Shown one piece after another: positions 12,534 to 24,249 of a stretch of DNA of 64,000 nt. The notes under the pieces were generated by a model. It saw only the letters and a program-made list of their open reading frames with translations, did not search any database and was not told the DNA's origin. The number at the start of each line of letters is the position of its first letter. The first letter of the stretch is position 1. The translations under genes and the position numbers were made by a program. This stretch comes from Eledone cirrhosa (lineage: Eukaryota): contig OZ024742.1 of assembly GCA_964016885.1 (NCBI GenBank), positions 226,486,001 through 226,550,000 of the forward strand, in the 5' to 3' direction.

Positions 12534-14640
12534 TTGGTGGTGGTGTTATACTGTTACAGTAGGTGGTGCTACTGCTGTTGTTGGTGGTGGTGTTATTTAG
12601 TTACAGTAGGTGGTGTTTCAGATGTAGTTAATAGTGGTGTTAGTACTGTTACAGTAGTTGGTGTTACTGCTGTAGTTTCTAGTGGTGTTAGTACTGTTAC
12701 AGTAGTTGGTGTTACTGCTGTAGTTGGTGGTTGTGTTATTACTGTTACAGTAGGTGGTGTTACTGCTGTAGTTGGTGGTGGTGTTAGTACTGTTACAGTA
12801 GCTGGTGATACTGCTGTAGTTGGTGGTGGTGTTAGTACTGTTACAGTAGGTGGTGTTACTGCTGTAATTGGTGGTGGTGTTAGTACTGTTACAGTAGGTG
12901 GTGTTACTGCTGTAGTTGGTGGTGGTGTTATTACTGTTGCAGTAGGTGGTGTTACTGCTGTAGTTGGTGGTGGTGTTAGTACTGTTAGAGTAGGTGGTGT
13001 TACTGCTGTAGTTGGTGTTGGTGTTAGTACTGTTACCGTAGGTGGTGTTACTGCTGTAGTTGGTGGTGGTGTTAGTACTGTTACAGTAGGTGGTGTTACC
13101 GCTGTAGTCGGTGGTCGTGTTAGTACTGTTACAGTAGTTGGTCTTACTGCTGTAGTTGGTGGTGGTGTTAGTACTGTTACAGTAGGTGGTGTTACTGCTG
13201 TAGTTGGTGGTGGTGTTAGTACTGTAACAGTAGGTGGTGTTACTGCTGTAGTTGGTGGTGGTGTTAGTACTGTTACAGTAGGTGGTGTTACTGCTGTAGT
13301 TGGTGGTGGTGTTAGTACTGTTACAGTAGGTGGTGTTACTGCTGTAGTTGGTGGTGGTGTTACTACTGTTACAGTAGGTGGTGTTACTGCTGTAGTTGGT
13401 GGTGGTGTTAGTACTGTTACAGTAGGTGGTCTTACTGCTGTAGTTGGTGGTGGTGTTAGTACTGTTACAGTAGGTGGTGTTACTGCTGTAGTTGGTGGTG
13501 GTGTTAGTACTGTTACAGTAGGTGGTGTTACTGCTGTAGTTGGTGGTGGTGTTAGTACTGTAACAGTAGGTGGTGTTACTGCTGTAGTTGGTGGTGGTGT
13601 TAGTACTGTTACAGTAGGTGGTGTTACTGCTGTAGTTGGTGGTGGTGTTAGTACTGTTACAGTAGGTGGTGTTACTGCTGTAGTTGGTGGTGGTGTTATA
13701 CTGTTACAGTAGGTGGTGCTACTGCTGTTGTTGGTGGTGGTGTTATTTAGTTACAGTAGGTGGTGTTTCAGATGTAGTTAATAGTGGTGTTAGTACTGTT
13801 ACAGTAGTTGGTGTTACTGCTGTAGTTTCTAGTGGTGTTAGTACTGTTACAGTAGTTGGTGTTACTGCTGTAGTTGGTGGTTGTGTTATTACTGTTACAG
13901 TAGGTGGTGTTACTGCTGTAGTTGGTGGTGGTGTTAGTACTGTTACAGTAGGTGGTGTTACTGCTGTAATTGGTGGTGGTGTTAGTACTGTTACAGTAGG
14001 TGGTGTTACTGCTGTAGTTGGTGGTGGTGTTATTACTGTTGCAGTAGGTGGTGTTACTGCTGTAGTTGGTGGTGGTGTTAGTACTGTTAGAGTAGGTGGT
14101 GTTACTGCTGTAGTTGGTGTTGGTGTTAGTACTGTTACCGTAGGTGGTGTTACTGCTGTAGTTGGTGGTGGTGTTAGTACTGTTACAGTAGGTGGTGTTA
14201 CCGCTGTAGTCGGTGGTCGTGTTAGTACTGTTACAGTAGTTGGTCTTACTGCTGTAGTTGGTGGTGGTGTTAGTACTGTTACAGTAGGTGGTGTTACTGC
14301 TGTAGTTGGTGGTGGTGTTAGTACTGTTACAGTAGGTGGTGTTACTGCTGTAGTTGGTGGTGGTGTTAGTACTGTAACAGTAGGTGGTGTTACTGCTGTA
14401 GTTGGTGGTGGTGTTAGTACTGTTACAGTAGGTGGTGTTACTGCTGTAGTTGGTGGTGGTGTTAGTACTGTTACAGTAGGTGGTGTTACTGCTGTAGTTG
14501 GTGGTGGTGTTACTACTGTTACAGTAGGTGGTGTTACTGCTGTAGTTGGTGGTGGTGTTAGTACTGTTACAGTAGGTGGTCTTACTGCTGTAGTTGGTGG
14601 TGGTGTTAGTACTGTTACAGTAGGTGGTGTTACTGCTGTA
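12534..14640 (+). repeat. Higher-order duplication, about 1150-bp period (about 1.8 copies)
   Basis: ORF starts 12534 and 13684 are 1150 apart. The rare variant ACCGCTGTAGTCGGTGGTCGT (about 13098 and 14200), ACTGTAACAG and GGTCTTACT occur in both copies. The copies differ by single-monomer gain or loss. Confidence 0.85.
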
Positions 14641-17600
14641 GTTGGTGGCATTGTTAGTACTGTTACAGTAGGTGGTGTTACTGCTGTAGTTGGTGGTGGT
14701 GTTAGTACTGTTACAGTAGGTGGGGTTACTGCTGTAGTTGGTGGTGGTGTTAGTACTGTTACAGTAGGTGGTGTTACTGCTGGAGTTGGTAGTGGTGTTA
14801 CTACTGTTACAGTTGGTGGTGTTACTGCTGTAGTTGGTGGTGGTGTTAGTACTGTTACAGTAGGTGGTGTTACTGCTGTAGTTGCAAGTGGTGTTACTGC
14901 TGTAGTAGGTGGTGTTACTGCTGTAGTTGGTGGTGGTGTTAGTACTGTTACAGTAGGTTGTGTTATTGCTGTAGTTGGTAGTGGTGTTACTACTGTTACA
15001 GTAGTGGGTGTTACTGCCGTAGATGGTGGTGGTGTTAGTACTGTTAGAGTAGGTGGTGTTACTGCTGTAGTTGGTGGTGGTGTTAGTACTGTTACAGTAG
15101 GTGGTGTTACTGCTGTAGTTGGTGGTGGTGTTAGTACTGTTACAGTAGGTGGTGATACTGCTGTAGTTTGTAGTGGTGTTAGTACTGTTACAGTAGTTGG
15201 TGTTACTGCTGTAGTTGGTGGTGGTGTTATTACCGTTACAGTAGGTGGTGTTACTGCTGTAGTTGGTGGTGGTGTTAGTACTGTTAGAGTAGGTGGTGTT
15301 ACTGCTGTAGTTGGTGGTGGTGTTAGTACCGTTACAGTAGGTGGTGTTACTGCTGTATTTGGTGGTGGTGTTAGTACTGTTACAGTAGGTGGTGTTACTG
15401 CTGTAGTTGGTGGTGGTGTTATACTGTTACAGTAGGTGGTGCTACTGCTGTTGTTGGTGGTGGTGTTAGTTAGTTACAGTAGTTGGTGTTACTGCTGTAG
15501 TTGGTAGTGTTGTTAGTACTGTTACAGTAGGTGGTGTTACTGCTGTAGTTGGTAGTGGTGTTACTACTGTTACAGTAGTTGGTGTTACTGCTGTAGTTGG
15601 CGGTGGTGCTAGTACTGTTACAGTAGTTGGTGTTACTGCTGTAGTTTCTAGTGGTGTTAGTACTGTTACAGTAGTTGGTGTTACTGCTGTAGTTGGTGGT
15701 TGTTTTATTACTGTTACAGTAGGTGGTGTTACTGCTGTAGTTGGTGGTGGTGTTAGTACTGTTACAGTAGGTGGTGTTACTGCTGTAATTGGTGGTGGTG
15801 TTTGTACTCTTACAGTAGGTGGTATTACTGCTGTAGTTGGTGGTGGTGTTATTACTGTTGCAGTAGTTGGTGTTACTGCTGTAGTTGGTGGTGGTGTTAG
15901 TACTGTTACAGTAGGTGGTGTTACTGCTGTAGTTGGTGGTGGTGTTAGTACTGTTACAGTAGGTGGTGTTACTGCTGTAATTGGTGGTGGTGTTAGTACT
16001 GTTACAGTAGGTGGTGTTACTGCTGTAGTTGGTGGTGGTGTTATTACTGTTGCAGTAGGTGGTGTTACTGCTGTAGTTGGTGGTGGTGTTAGTACTGTTA
16101 CAGTAGGTGGTGTTACTGCTGTAGTTGGTGGTGGTGTTAGTACTGTTACAGTAGGTGGTGTTACTGCTCTAGTTGGTGGTGGTGTTAGTACTGTTACAGT
16201 AGGTGGTGTTACTGCTGTAGTTGGTAGTGGTGTTACTACTGTTACAGTAGGTGGTGTTACTGCTGTATTTGGTAGTGGTGTTACTACTGTTACAGTAGGT
16301 GGTGTTACTGCTCTAGTTGGTGGTGGTGTTAGTTAGTTACAGTAGGTGGTGTTACTGCTGTAGTTGGTGGTGGTGTTAGTACTGTTACAGTAGGTGGTGT
16401 TACTGCTGTTGTTGGTGGTGGTGTTAGTACTGTTACAGTAGGTGGTGTTAATGCTGTAGTTGGTGGTGGTGTTAGTACTGTTACAGTAAGTGGTGTTACT
16501 GCTGTAGTTGGTGTTGGGGTTAGTACTGTTACAGTAGGTGGTGTTACTGCTGTAGTTGGTGGTGGTGTTAGTACTGTTACAGTAGGTGGTGTTACTGCTG
16601 TATTTGGTAGTGGTGTTGGAACTGTTACAGTAGGTGGTGTTACTGCTGTAGTTGGTGGTGGTGTTAGTACTGTTACAGTAGGTGGTGTTACTGCTGTAGT
16701 TGGTGGTGGTGTTAGTACTGTTAGAGTAGGTGGTGTTACTGCTGTAGTTGGTGGTGGTGTTAGTACCGTTACAGTAGGTGGTGTTACTGCTGTATTTGGT
16801 GGTGGTGTTAGTACTGTTACAGAAGTTGGTGTTACTGCTGTAGTTGGTGGTGGTGTTAGTACTGTTACAGTAGGTGTTGTTGCTGCTCTAGTTGGTGATG
16901 GTGTTAGTACTGTTACAGTAGGTGGTGTTACTGCTGTAGTTGGTAGTGGTGTTACTACTGTTACAGTAGGTGGTGTTCCTGCTGTAGTTGGTAGTGGTGT
17001 TAGTACTGTTACAGTAGGTGGTGTTACTGCTGTATTTGGTAGTGGTGTTACTACTGTTACAGTAGGTGGTGTTACTGCTCTAGTTGGTGGTGGTGTTAGT
17101 TAGTTACAGTAGGTGGTGTTACTGCTGTAGTTGGTGGTGTTGTTAGTACTGTTACAGTAGGTGGTGTTACTGCTGTTGTTGGTGGTGGTGTTAGTACTGT
17201 TACAGTAGGTGGTGTTACTGCTGTAGTTGGTGTTGGGGTTAGTACAGTTACAGTAGGTGGTGTTACTGCTGTAGTTGGTGGTGGTGTTAGTACTGTTACA
17301 GTAGGTGGTGTTACTGCTGTATTTGGTAGTGGTGTTGGTACTGTTACAGTAGGTGGTGTTACTGCTGTAGTTGGTGGTGGTGTTAGTACTGTTACAGTAG
17401 GTGGTGTTACTGCTGTAGTTGGTGGTGGTGTTAGTACTGTTACAGTAGGTGGTGTTACTGCTGTAGTTGGTGTTGGTGTTAGTACTGTTACCGTAGGTGG
17501 TGTTACTGCTGTAGTTGGTGTTGGTGTTAGTACTGGTACAGTAGGTGTTGTTACTGCTGTAGTTGGTGGTGGTGTTATTACTGTTGCAGTAGGTGGTGTT

Positions 17601-18599
17601 ACTGCTGTAGTTGGTGGTGGTGTTAGTACTGTTACAGTAGGTGGTGTTACTGCTGTAGTTGGTGGTGGTGTTAGTACTGTTACAGTAGGTGGTGTTACTG
17701 CTCTAGTTGGTGGTGGTGTTAGTACTGTTACAGTAGGTGGTGTTACTGCTGTAGTTGGTAGTGGTGTTACTACTGTTACAGTAGGTCGTGTTACTGGGGT
17801 AGTTGGTAGTGGTGTTACTACAGTTACAGTAGGTGGTGTTAATGCTGTATTTGGTAGTGGTGTTACTACTGTTACAGTAGGTGGTGTTACTGCTCTAGTT
17901 GGTGGTGGTGCTAGTTAGTTACAGTAGGTGGTGTTACTGCTGTAGTTGGTGGTGGTGTTAGTACTGTTACAGTAGGTGGTGTTACTGCTGTTGTTGGTGG
18001 TGGTGTTAGTACTGTTACAGTAGGTGGTGTTAATGATGTTGTTGGTGGTGGTGTTAGTACTGTTACAGTAAGTGGTGTTACTGCTGTAGTTGGTGTTGGG
18101 GTTAGTACTGTTACAGTAGGTGGTGTTACTGCTGTAGTTGGTGGTGGTGTTAGTACTGTTACAGTAGGTGGTGTTACTGCTGTATTTGGTAGTGGTGTTG
18201 GTACTGTTACAGTAGGTGGTGTTACTGCTGTAGTTGGTGGTGGTGTTAGTACTGTTACAGTAGGTGGTGTTACTGCTGTAGTTGGTGGTGGTGTTAGTAC
18301 TGTTAGAGTAGGTGGTGTTACTGCTGTAGTTGGTGGTGGTGTTAGTACCGTTACAGTAGGTGGTGTTACTGCTGTATTTGCTGGTGGTGTTAGTACTGTT
18401 ACAGTAGTTGGTGTTACTGCTGTAGTTGGTGGTGGTGTTATACTGTTACAGTAGGTGGTGCTACTGCTGTTGTTGGTGGTGGTGTTATTTAGTTACAGTA
18501 GGTGGTGTTTCAGATGTACTTAATAGTCGTGTTAGTACTGTTACAGTAGTTGGTGTTACTGCTGTAGTTTCTAGTGGTGTTAGTACTGTTACAGTAGGT

Positions 18600-21500
18600 G
18601 GTGTTACTGCTGTTGTTGGTGGTGGTGTTATTTAGTTACAGTAGGTGGTGTTACAGCTGTAGTTATTAGTGGTGTTAGTACTGTGACAGTAGTTGGTGTT
18701 ACTGCTGTAGTTTGTAGTGGTGTTAGTACTGTTACAGTAGGTGGTGTTACTGCTGTAGTTGGTGGTGGTGTTAGTACTGTTACAGTAGGTGGTGTTACTG
18801 CCATAGTTGGTGGTGGTGTTAGTACTGTTACAGTAGGTGGTGTTACTGCTGTAGTTGGTAGTGGTGTTACTACTATTACAGTAGGTGGTGTTACTGCTGT
18901 AGTTGGTAGTGGTGTTACTACTGTTACAGTAGGTTGTGTTACTGCTGTAGTTGGTGGTGGGGTTAGTACTGTTACAGTAGGTGGTGTAACTGCTGTAGTT
19001 GGTGGTGGTGTTAGTTAGTTACAGTAGGTGGTGTTACTGCTGTAGTTGGTAGTGGTGTTAGTTAGTTACACTAGTTGGTGTTACTGCTGTAGTTGGTAGT
19101 GTTGTTAGTACTGTTACAGTAGTTGGTGTTACTGCTGTAGTTTCTAGTGGTGTTAGTACTGTTACAGTAGTTGGTGTTACTGCTGTAGTTGGTGGTTGTG
19201 TTATTACTGTTACAGTAGGTGGTGTTACTGCTGTAGTTGGTGGTGGTGTTAGTACTGTTACAGTAGGTGGTGTTACTGCTGTAATTGGTGGTGGTGTTAG
19301 TACTGTTACAGTAGGTGGTGTTACTGCCGTAGTTGGTGGTGGTGTTAGTACTGTTACAGTAGGTGGTGTTACTGCTGTAGTTGGTGGTGGTGTTAGTACT
19401 GTTACAGTAGGTGGTGTTACTGCTGGAGTTGGTGGAGGTGTTAGTACTGTTACAGTAGGTGGTGTTACTGCCGTAGTTGGTGGTGGTGTTAGTACTGTTA
19501 CAGTGGGTGGTGTTACTGCTGTAGTTGGTGGTGGTGTTAGTACTGTTACAGTAGGTGTTGTTGCTGCTCTAGTTGGTGATGGTGTTAGTACTGTTACAGT
19601 AGGTGGTGTTACTGCTGTAGTTGGTAGTGGTGTTACTACTGTTACAGTAGGTGGTGTTCCTGCTGTAGTTGGTAGTGGTGTTAGTACTGTTACAGTAGGT
19701 GGTGTTACTGCTGTATTTGGTAGTGGTGTTACTACTGTTACAGTAGGTGGTGTTACTGCTCTAGTTGGTGGTGGTGTTAGTTAGTTACAGTAGGTGGTGT
19801 TACTGCTGTAGTTGGTGGTGGTGTTAGTACTGTTACAGTAGGTGGTGTTACTGCTGTTGTTGGTGGTGGTGTTAGTACTGTTACAGTAGGTGGTGTTACT
19901 GCTGTAGTTGGTGTTGGGGTTAGTACTGTTACAGTAGGTGGTGTTACTGCTGTAGTTGGTGGTGGTGTTAGTACTGTTACAGTAGGTGGTGTTACTGCTG
20001 TATTTGGTAGTGGTGTTGGTACTGTTACAGTAGGTGGTGTTACTGCTGTAGTTGGTGGTGGTGTTAGTACTGTTACAGTAGGTGGTGTTACTGCTGTAGT
20101 TGGTGGTGGTGTTAGTACTGTTACAGTAGGTGGTGTTACTGCTGTAGTTGGTGTTGGTGTTAGTACTGTTACCGTAGGTGGTGTTACTGCTGTAGTTGGT
20201 GTTGGTGTTAGTACTGGTACAGTAGGTGGTGTTACTGCTCTAGTTGGTGGTGGTGTTAGTACTGTTACAGTAGGTGGTCTTACTGCTGTAGTTGGTGGTG
20301 GTGTTAGTACTGTTACAGTAGGTGGTGTTACTGCTCTAGTTGGTGGTGGTGTTAGTACTGTTACAGTAGGTGGTGTTACTGCTGTAGTTGGTGGTGGTGT
20401 TAGTACTGTTACAGTAGGTGGTGTTACTGCTGTAGTTGGTATTGGTGTTAGTACTGTTACAGTAGGTGGTGTTACTGCTGTAGTTGGTAGTGTTGTTAGT
20501 ACTGTTACAGTAGGTGGTGTTACTGCTGTAGTTGGTGGTGGTGTTAGTACTGTTACAGTAGGTGGTCTTACTGCTGTAGTTGGTGGTGGTGTTAGTACTG
20601 TTACAGTAGGTGGTGTTATTGTTGTAGTTGGTGGTGGTGTTAGTACTGTTACAGTAGTTGGTGTTACTGCTGTAATTCGTGGTGGTGTTAGTACTGTTAC
20701 AGTAGGTGATGTTACTGCTGTAGTTGGTGGTGGTGTTAGTACTGTTACAGTAGGTGGTGTTACTGCTGTAGTTGGTGGTGGTGTTAGTACTGTTACCGTA
20801 GGTGGTGTTACTGCTGTAGTTGGTGGTGGTGTTAGTACTGTTACAGTAGGTGGTGTTACTGCTCTAGTTGGTGGTGGTGTTAGTACTGTTACAGTAGGTG
20901 GTGTTACTGCTGTAGTTGGTGGTGGTGTTAGTACTGTTACAGTAGGTGGTGTTACTGCTGTAGTTGTTAGTGGTGTTAATACTGTTACAGTAGGTGGTGT
21001 TACTGCTGTAGTTGGTGGTGGTGTTACTACTGTTACAGTAGGTGGTGTTACTGCTGTAGTTGGTGGTGGTGTTAGTACTGTTACAGTAGGTGGTGTTACT
21101 GCTGTAGTTGGTAGTGGTGGTAGTTAGTTACAGTAGGTGGTGTTACTGCTGTAGTTGGTGGTGGTGTTAGTCCTGTTACAGCTGGTGGTGTTACTGCTGT
21201 AGTTGGTAGTGGTGTTAGTACTGTTACACTAGTTGGTGTTACTGCTGTAGTTGGTGGTGGTGCTAGTACTGTTACAGTAGTTGGTGCTACTGCTGTAGTT
21301 GGTGGTGGTGTTAGTACTGTTAGAGTAGGTGATGTTACTGCTGTAGTTAGTGGCAGTGTTAGTACTGTTACAGTAGGTGGTGTTACTGCTGTAGTTGGTA
21401 GTGGTGGTAGTTAGTTACAGTAGGTGGTGTTACTGCTGTAGTTGGTAGTGGTGTTAGTACTGTTACACTAGTTGGTGTTACTGCTGTAGTTGGTGGTGGT

Positions 21501-24200
21501 GCTAGTACTGTTACAGTAGTTGGTGCTACTGCTGTAGTTGGTGGTGGTGTTAGTACTGTTAGAGTAGGTGATGTTACTGCTGTAGTTGGTGGTGGTGTTA
21601 GTACTGTTACAGTAGTTGGTGCTACTGCTGTAGTTGGTGGTGGTGTTAGTACTGTTAGAGTAGGTGATGTTACTGCTGTAGTTGGTGGTGGTGTTAGTAC
21701 TGTTACAGTAATTGGTGCTACTGCTGTAGTTGGTGGTGGTGTTAGTACTGTTAGAGTAGGTGATGTTACTGCTGTATTTGGTGGTGGTGTTAGTACTGTT
21801 ACAGTAGTTGGTTTTACTGCTGTAGTTGGTGGTGGTGTTAGTACTGTTACAGTAGGTGGTGTTACTGCTGTAGTTAGTGGCAGTGTTAGTACTGTTACAG
21901 TAGGTGGTGTTACTGCTGTAGTTGGTGGTGGTGTTAGTACTGTTACAGTAGGTGGTGGTACTGCTGTAGTTGGTGGTGGTGTTAGTACTGTAACAGTAGG
22001 TGGTGTTACTGCTGTAGTTGGTGGTGGTGTTAGTACTGTTACAGTAGGTGGTGTTACTGCTGTAGTTGGTAGTGGTGTTAGTACTGTTACAGTAGGTGGT
22101 GTTACTGCTGTAGTTTGTGGTGGTGTTAGTAATGTTACAGTAGGTGGTGTTACTGCTGTATTTGGTGGTGGTGTTAGTACTGTTACAGTAGGTGGTGTTA
22201 CTGCTCTAGTTGGTGGTGGTGTTAATACTGTTACAGTAGGTGGTGTTACTGCTGTATTTGGTGGTGGTGTTAGTACTGTTACAGTAGGTGGTGTTACTGC
22301 TGTTGTTGGTGGTGGTGTTATTTAGTTACAGTAGGTGGTGTTACAGCTGTAGTTATTACTGGTGTTAGTACTGTTACAGTAGTTGGTGTTACTGCTGTAG
22401 TTTGTAGTGGTGTTAGTACTGTTACAGTAGGTGGTGTCACTGCTGTAGTTGGTGGTGGTGTTAGTACTGTTACAGTAGGTGGTGTTACTGCCGTAGTTGG
22501 TGGTGGTGTTAGTACTGCTACAGTAGGTGGTGTTACTGCTGTAGTTGGTAGTGGTGTTGCTACTGTTACAGTAGGTGGTGTTACTGCTGTAGTTGGTGGT
22601 GGTGTTAGTACTGTAACAGTAGGTGGTGTTACTGCTGTAGTTGGTGGTGGTGTTAGTACTGTTACAGTAGGTGGTGTTACTGCTGTAGTTGGTAGTGGTG
22701 TTAGTACTGTTACAGTAGGTGGTGTTACTGCTGTAGTTTGTGGTGGTGTTAGTAATGTTACAGTAGGTGGTGTTACTGCTGTATTTGGTGGTGGTGTTAG
22801 TACTGTTACAGTAGGTGGTGTTACTGCTGTAGTTGGTGGTGGTGTTAGTACTGTTACAGTAGCTGGTCTTACTGCTGTAGTTGGTAGTGGTTTTACTACT
22901 GTTACAGTAGGTTGTGTTACTGCTGTAGTTGGTGGTGGCGTTAGTACTGTTACAGTAGGTGGTGTAACTGCTGTAGTTGGTGGTGGTGTTAGTTAGTTAC
23001 AGTAAGTGGTGTTACTGCTGTAGTTGGTGGTGGTGTTAGTACTGTTACAGTAGGTGGTGTTACTGCTGTAGTTGGTGATGGTGTTAGTACTGTTACAGTA
23101 GGTGGTGTTACTGCTCTAGTTGGTGGTGGTGTTAGTACTGTTACAGTAGGTGGTGTTACTGCTGTAGTTGGTGTTGGTGTTAGTACTGTTACAGTAGGTG
23201 GTGTTACTGCTGTAGTTGGTAGTGGTGTTACTACCGTTACAGTAGGTGGTGTTACTGCTCTAGTTTGTGGTGGTGTTAGTACTGTTACAGTAGGTGGTGT
23301 TACTACTGTAGTTGGTGGTGGTGTTAGTACTGTTACAGTAGGTGGTGTTACTGCTCTAGTTGGTGGTGGTGTTAGTACTGTTACAGTAGGTGGTCTTACT
23401 GCTGTAGATGGTGGTGGTGTTAGTACTGTTACCGTAGGTGGTGTTACTGCTGTAGTTGGTGGTGGTGTTAGTACTGTTACAGTAGATGGTGTTACTGCTG
23501 TAGTTGCTGGTGGTGTTAGTACTGTTACAGTAGGTGGTGTTACTGCTGGAGTTGGTAGTGGTGTTAATACTGTTACAGTAGGTGGTGTTACTGCTGTAGT
23601 TGGTAGTGGTGTTACTGCTGGAGTTGGTAGTGGTGTTAGTACTGTTACAGTAGGTGGTGTTACTGCCGTAGTTGGTGGTGGTGTTAGTACTGTTACAGTA
23701 GGTGGTGTTACTGCTGTAGTTGGTGGTGGTGTTAGTACTGTTACAGTAGGTGGTGTTACTGCTGTAGTTGGTAGTGGTGTTAGTACTGTTACAGTAGGTG
23801 GTGTTACTGCTGTAGTTGGTAGTGGTGTTAGTACTGTTACAGTAGTTGGTGTTACTGCTGTAGTTGGTGGTGGTGTTAGTACTGTGACAGTAGGTGGTGT
23901 TACTGCTGTAGTTGGTGGTGGTGTTAGTACTGTTACAGTAGGTGGTGTTACTGCTGTAGTTGGTAGTGGTGTTAGTACTGTTACAGTAGGTGGTGTTACT
24001 GCTGTAGTTGGTGTTAGTACTGTTACAGTAGGTGGTGTTACGGCTGTAGTTGGTGGTGGTGTTAGTCCTGTTATAGTAGGTGGTGTTACTGCTGTAGTTG
24101 GTAGTGGTGTTAGTACTGTTACAGTAGGTGGTGTTACTGCTGTAGTTGGTGGTGGTGTTAGTACTGTTACAGTAGGTGGTGTTACTGCTGTAGTTGGTGG
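18600..24200 (+). repeat. Diverged transition zone with only short local duplications (96, 287, 623 bp)
   Basis: AGAGTAGGTGAT at 21561/21657/21753 (96-bp step). GGTAGTTAGTT at about 21119/21406 (287 = 6x48 - 1). ACTGTAACAG...TTTGTGG...AGTAATG at about 21990/22613 (623 = 13x48 - 1). Many singleton variants. Confidence 0.7.
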
Positions 24201-24249
24201 TGGTTTTAGTACTGTTACAGTAGGTGGTGTTACGGCTGTAGTTGGTGGA

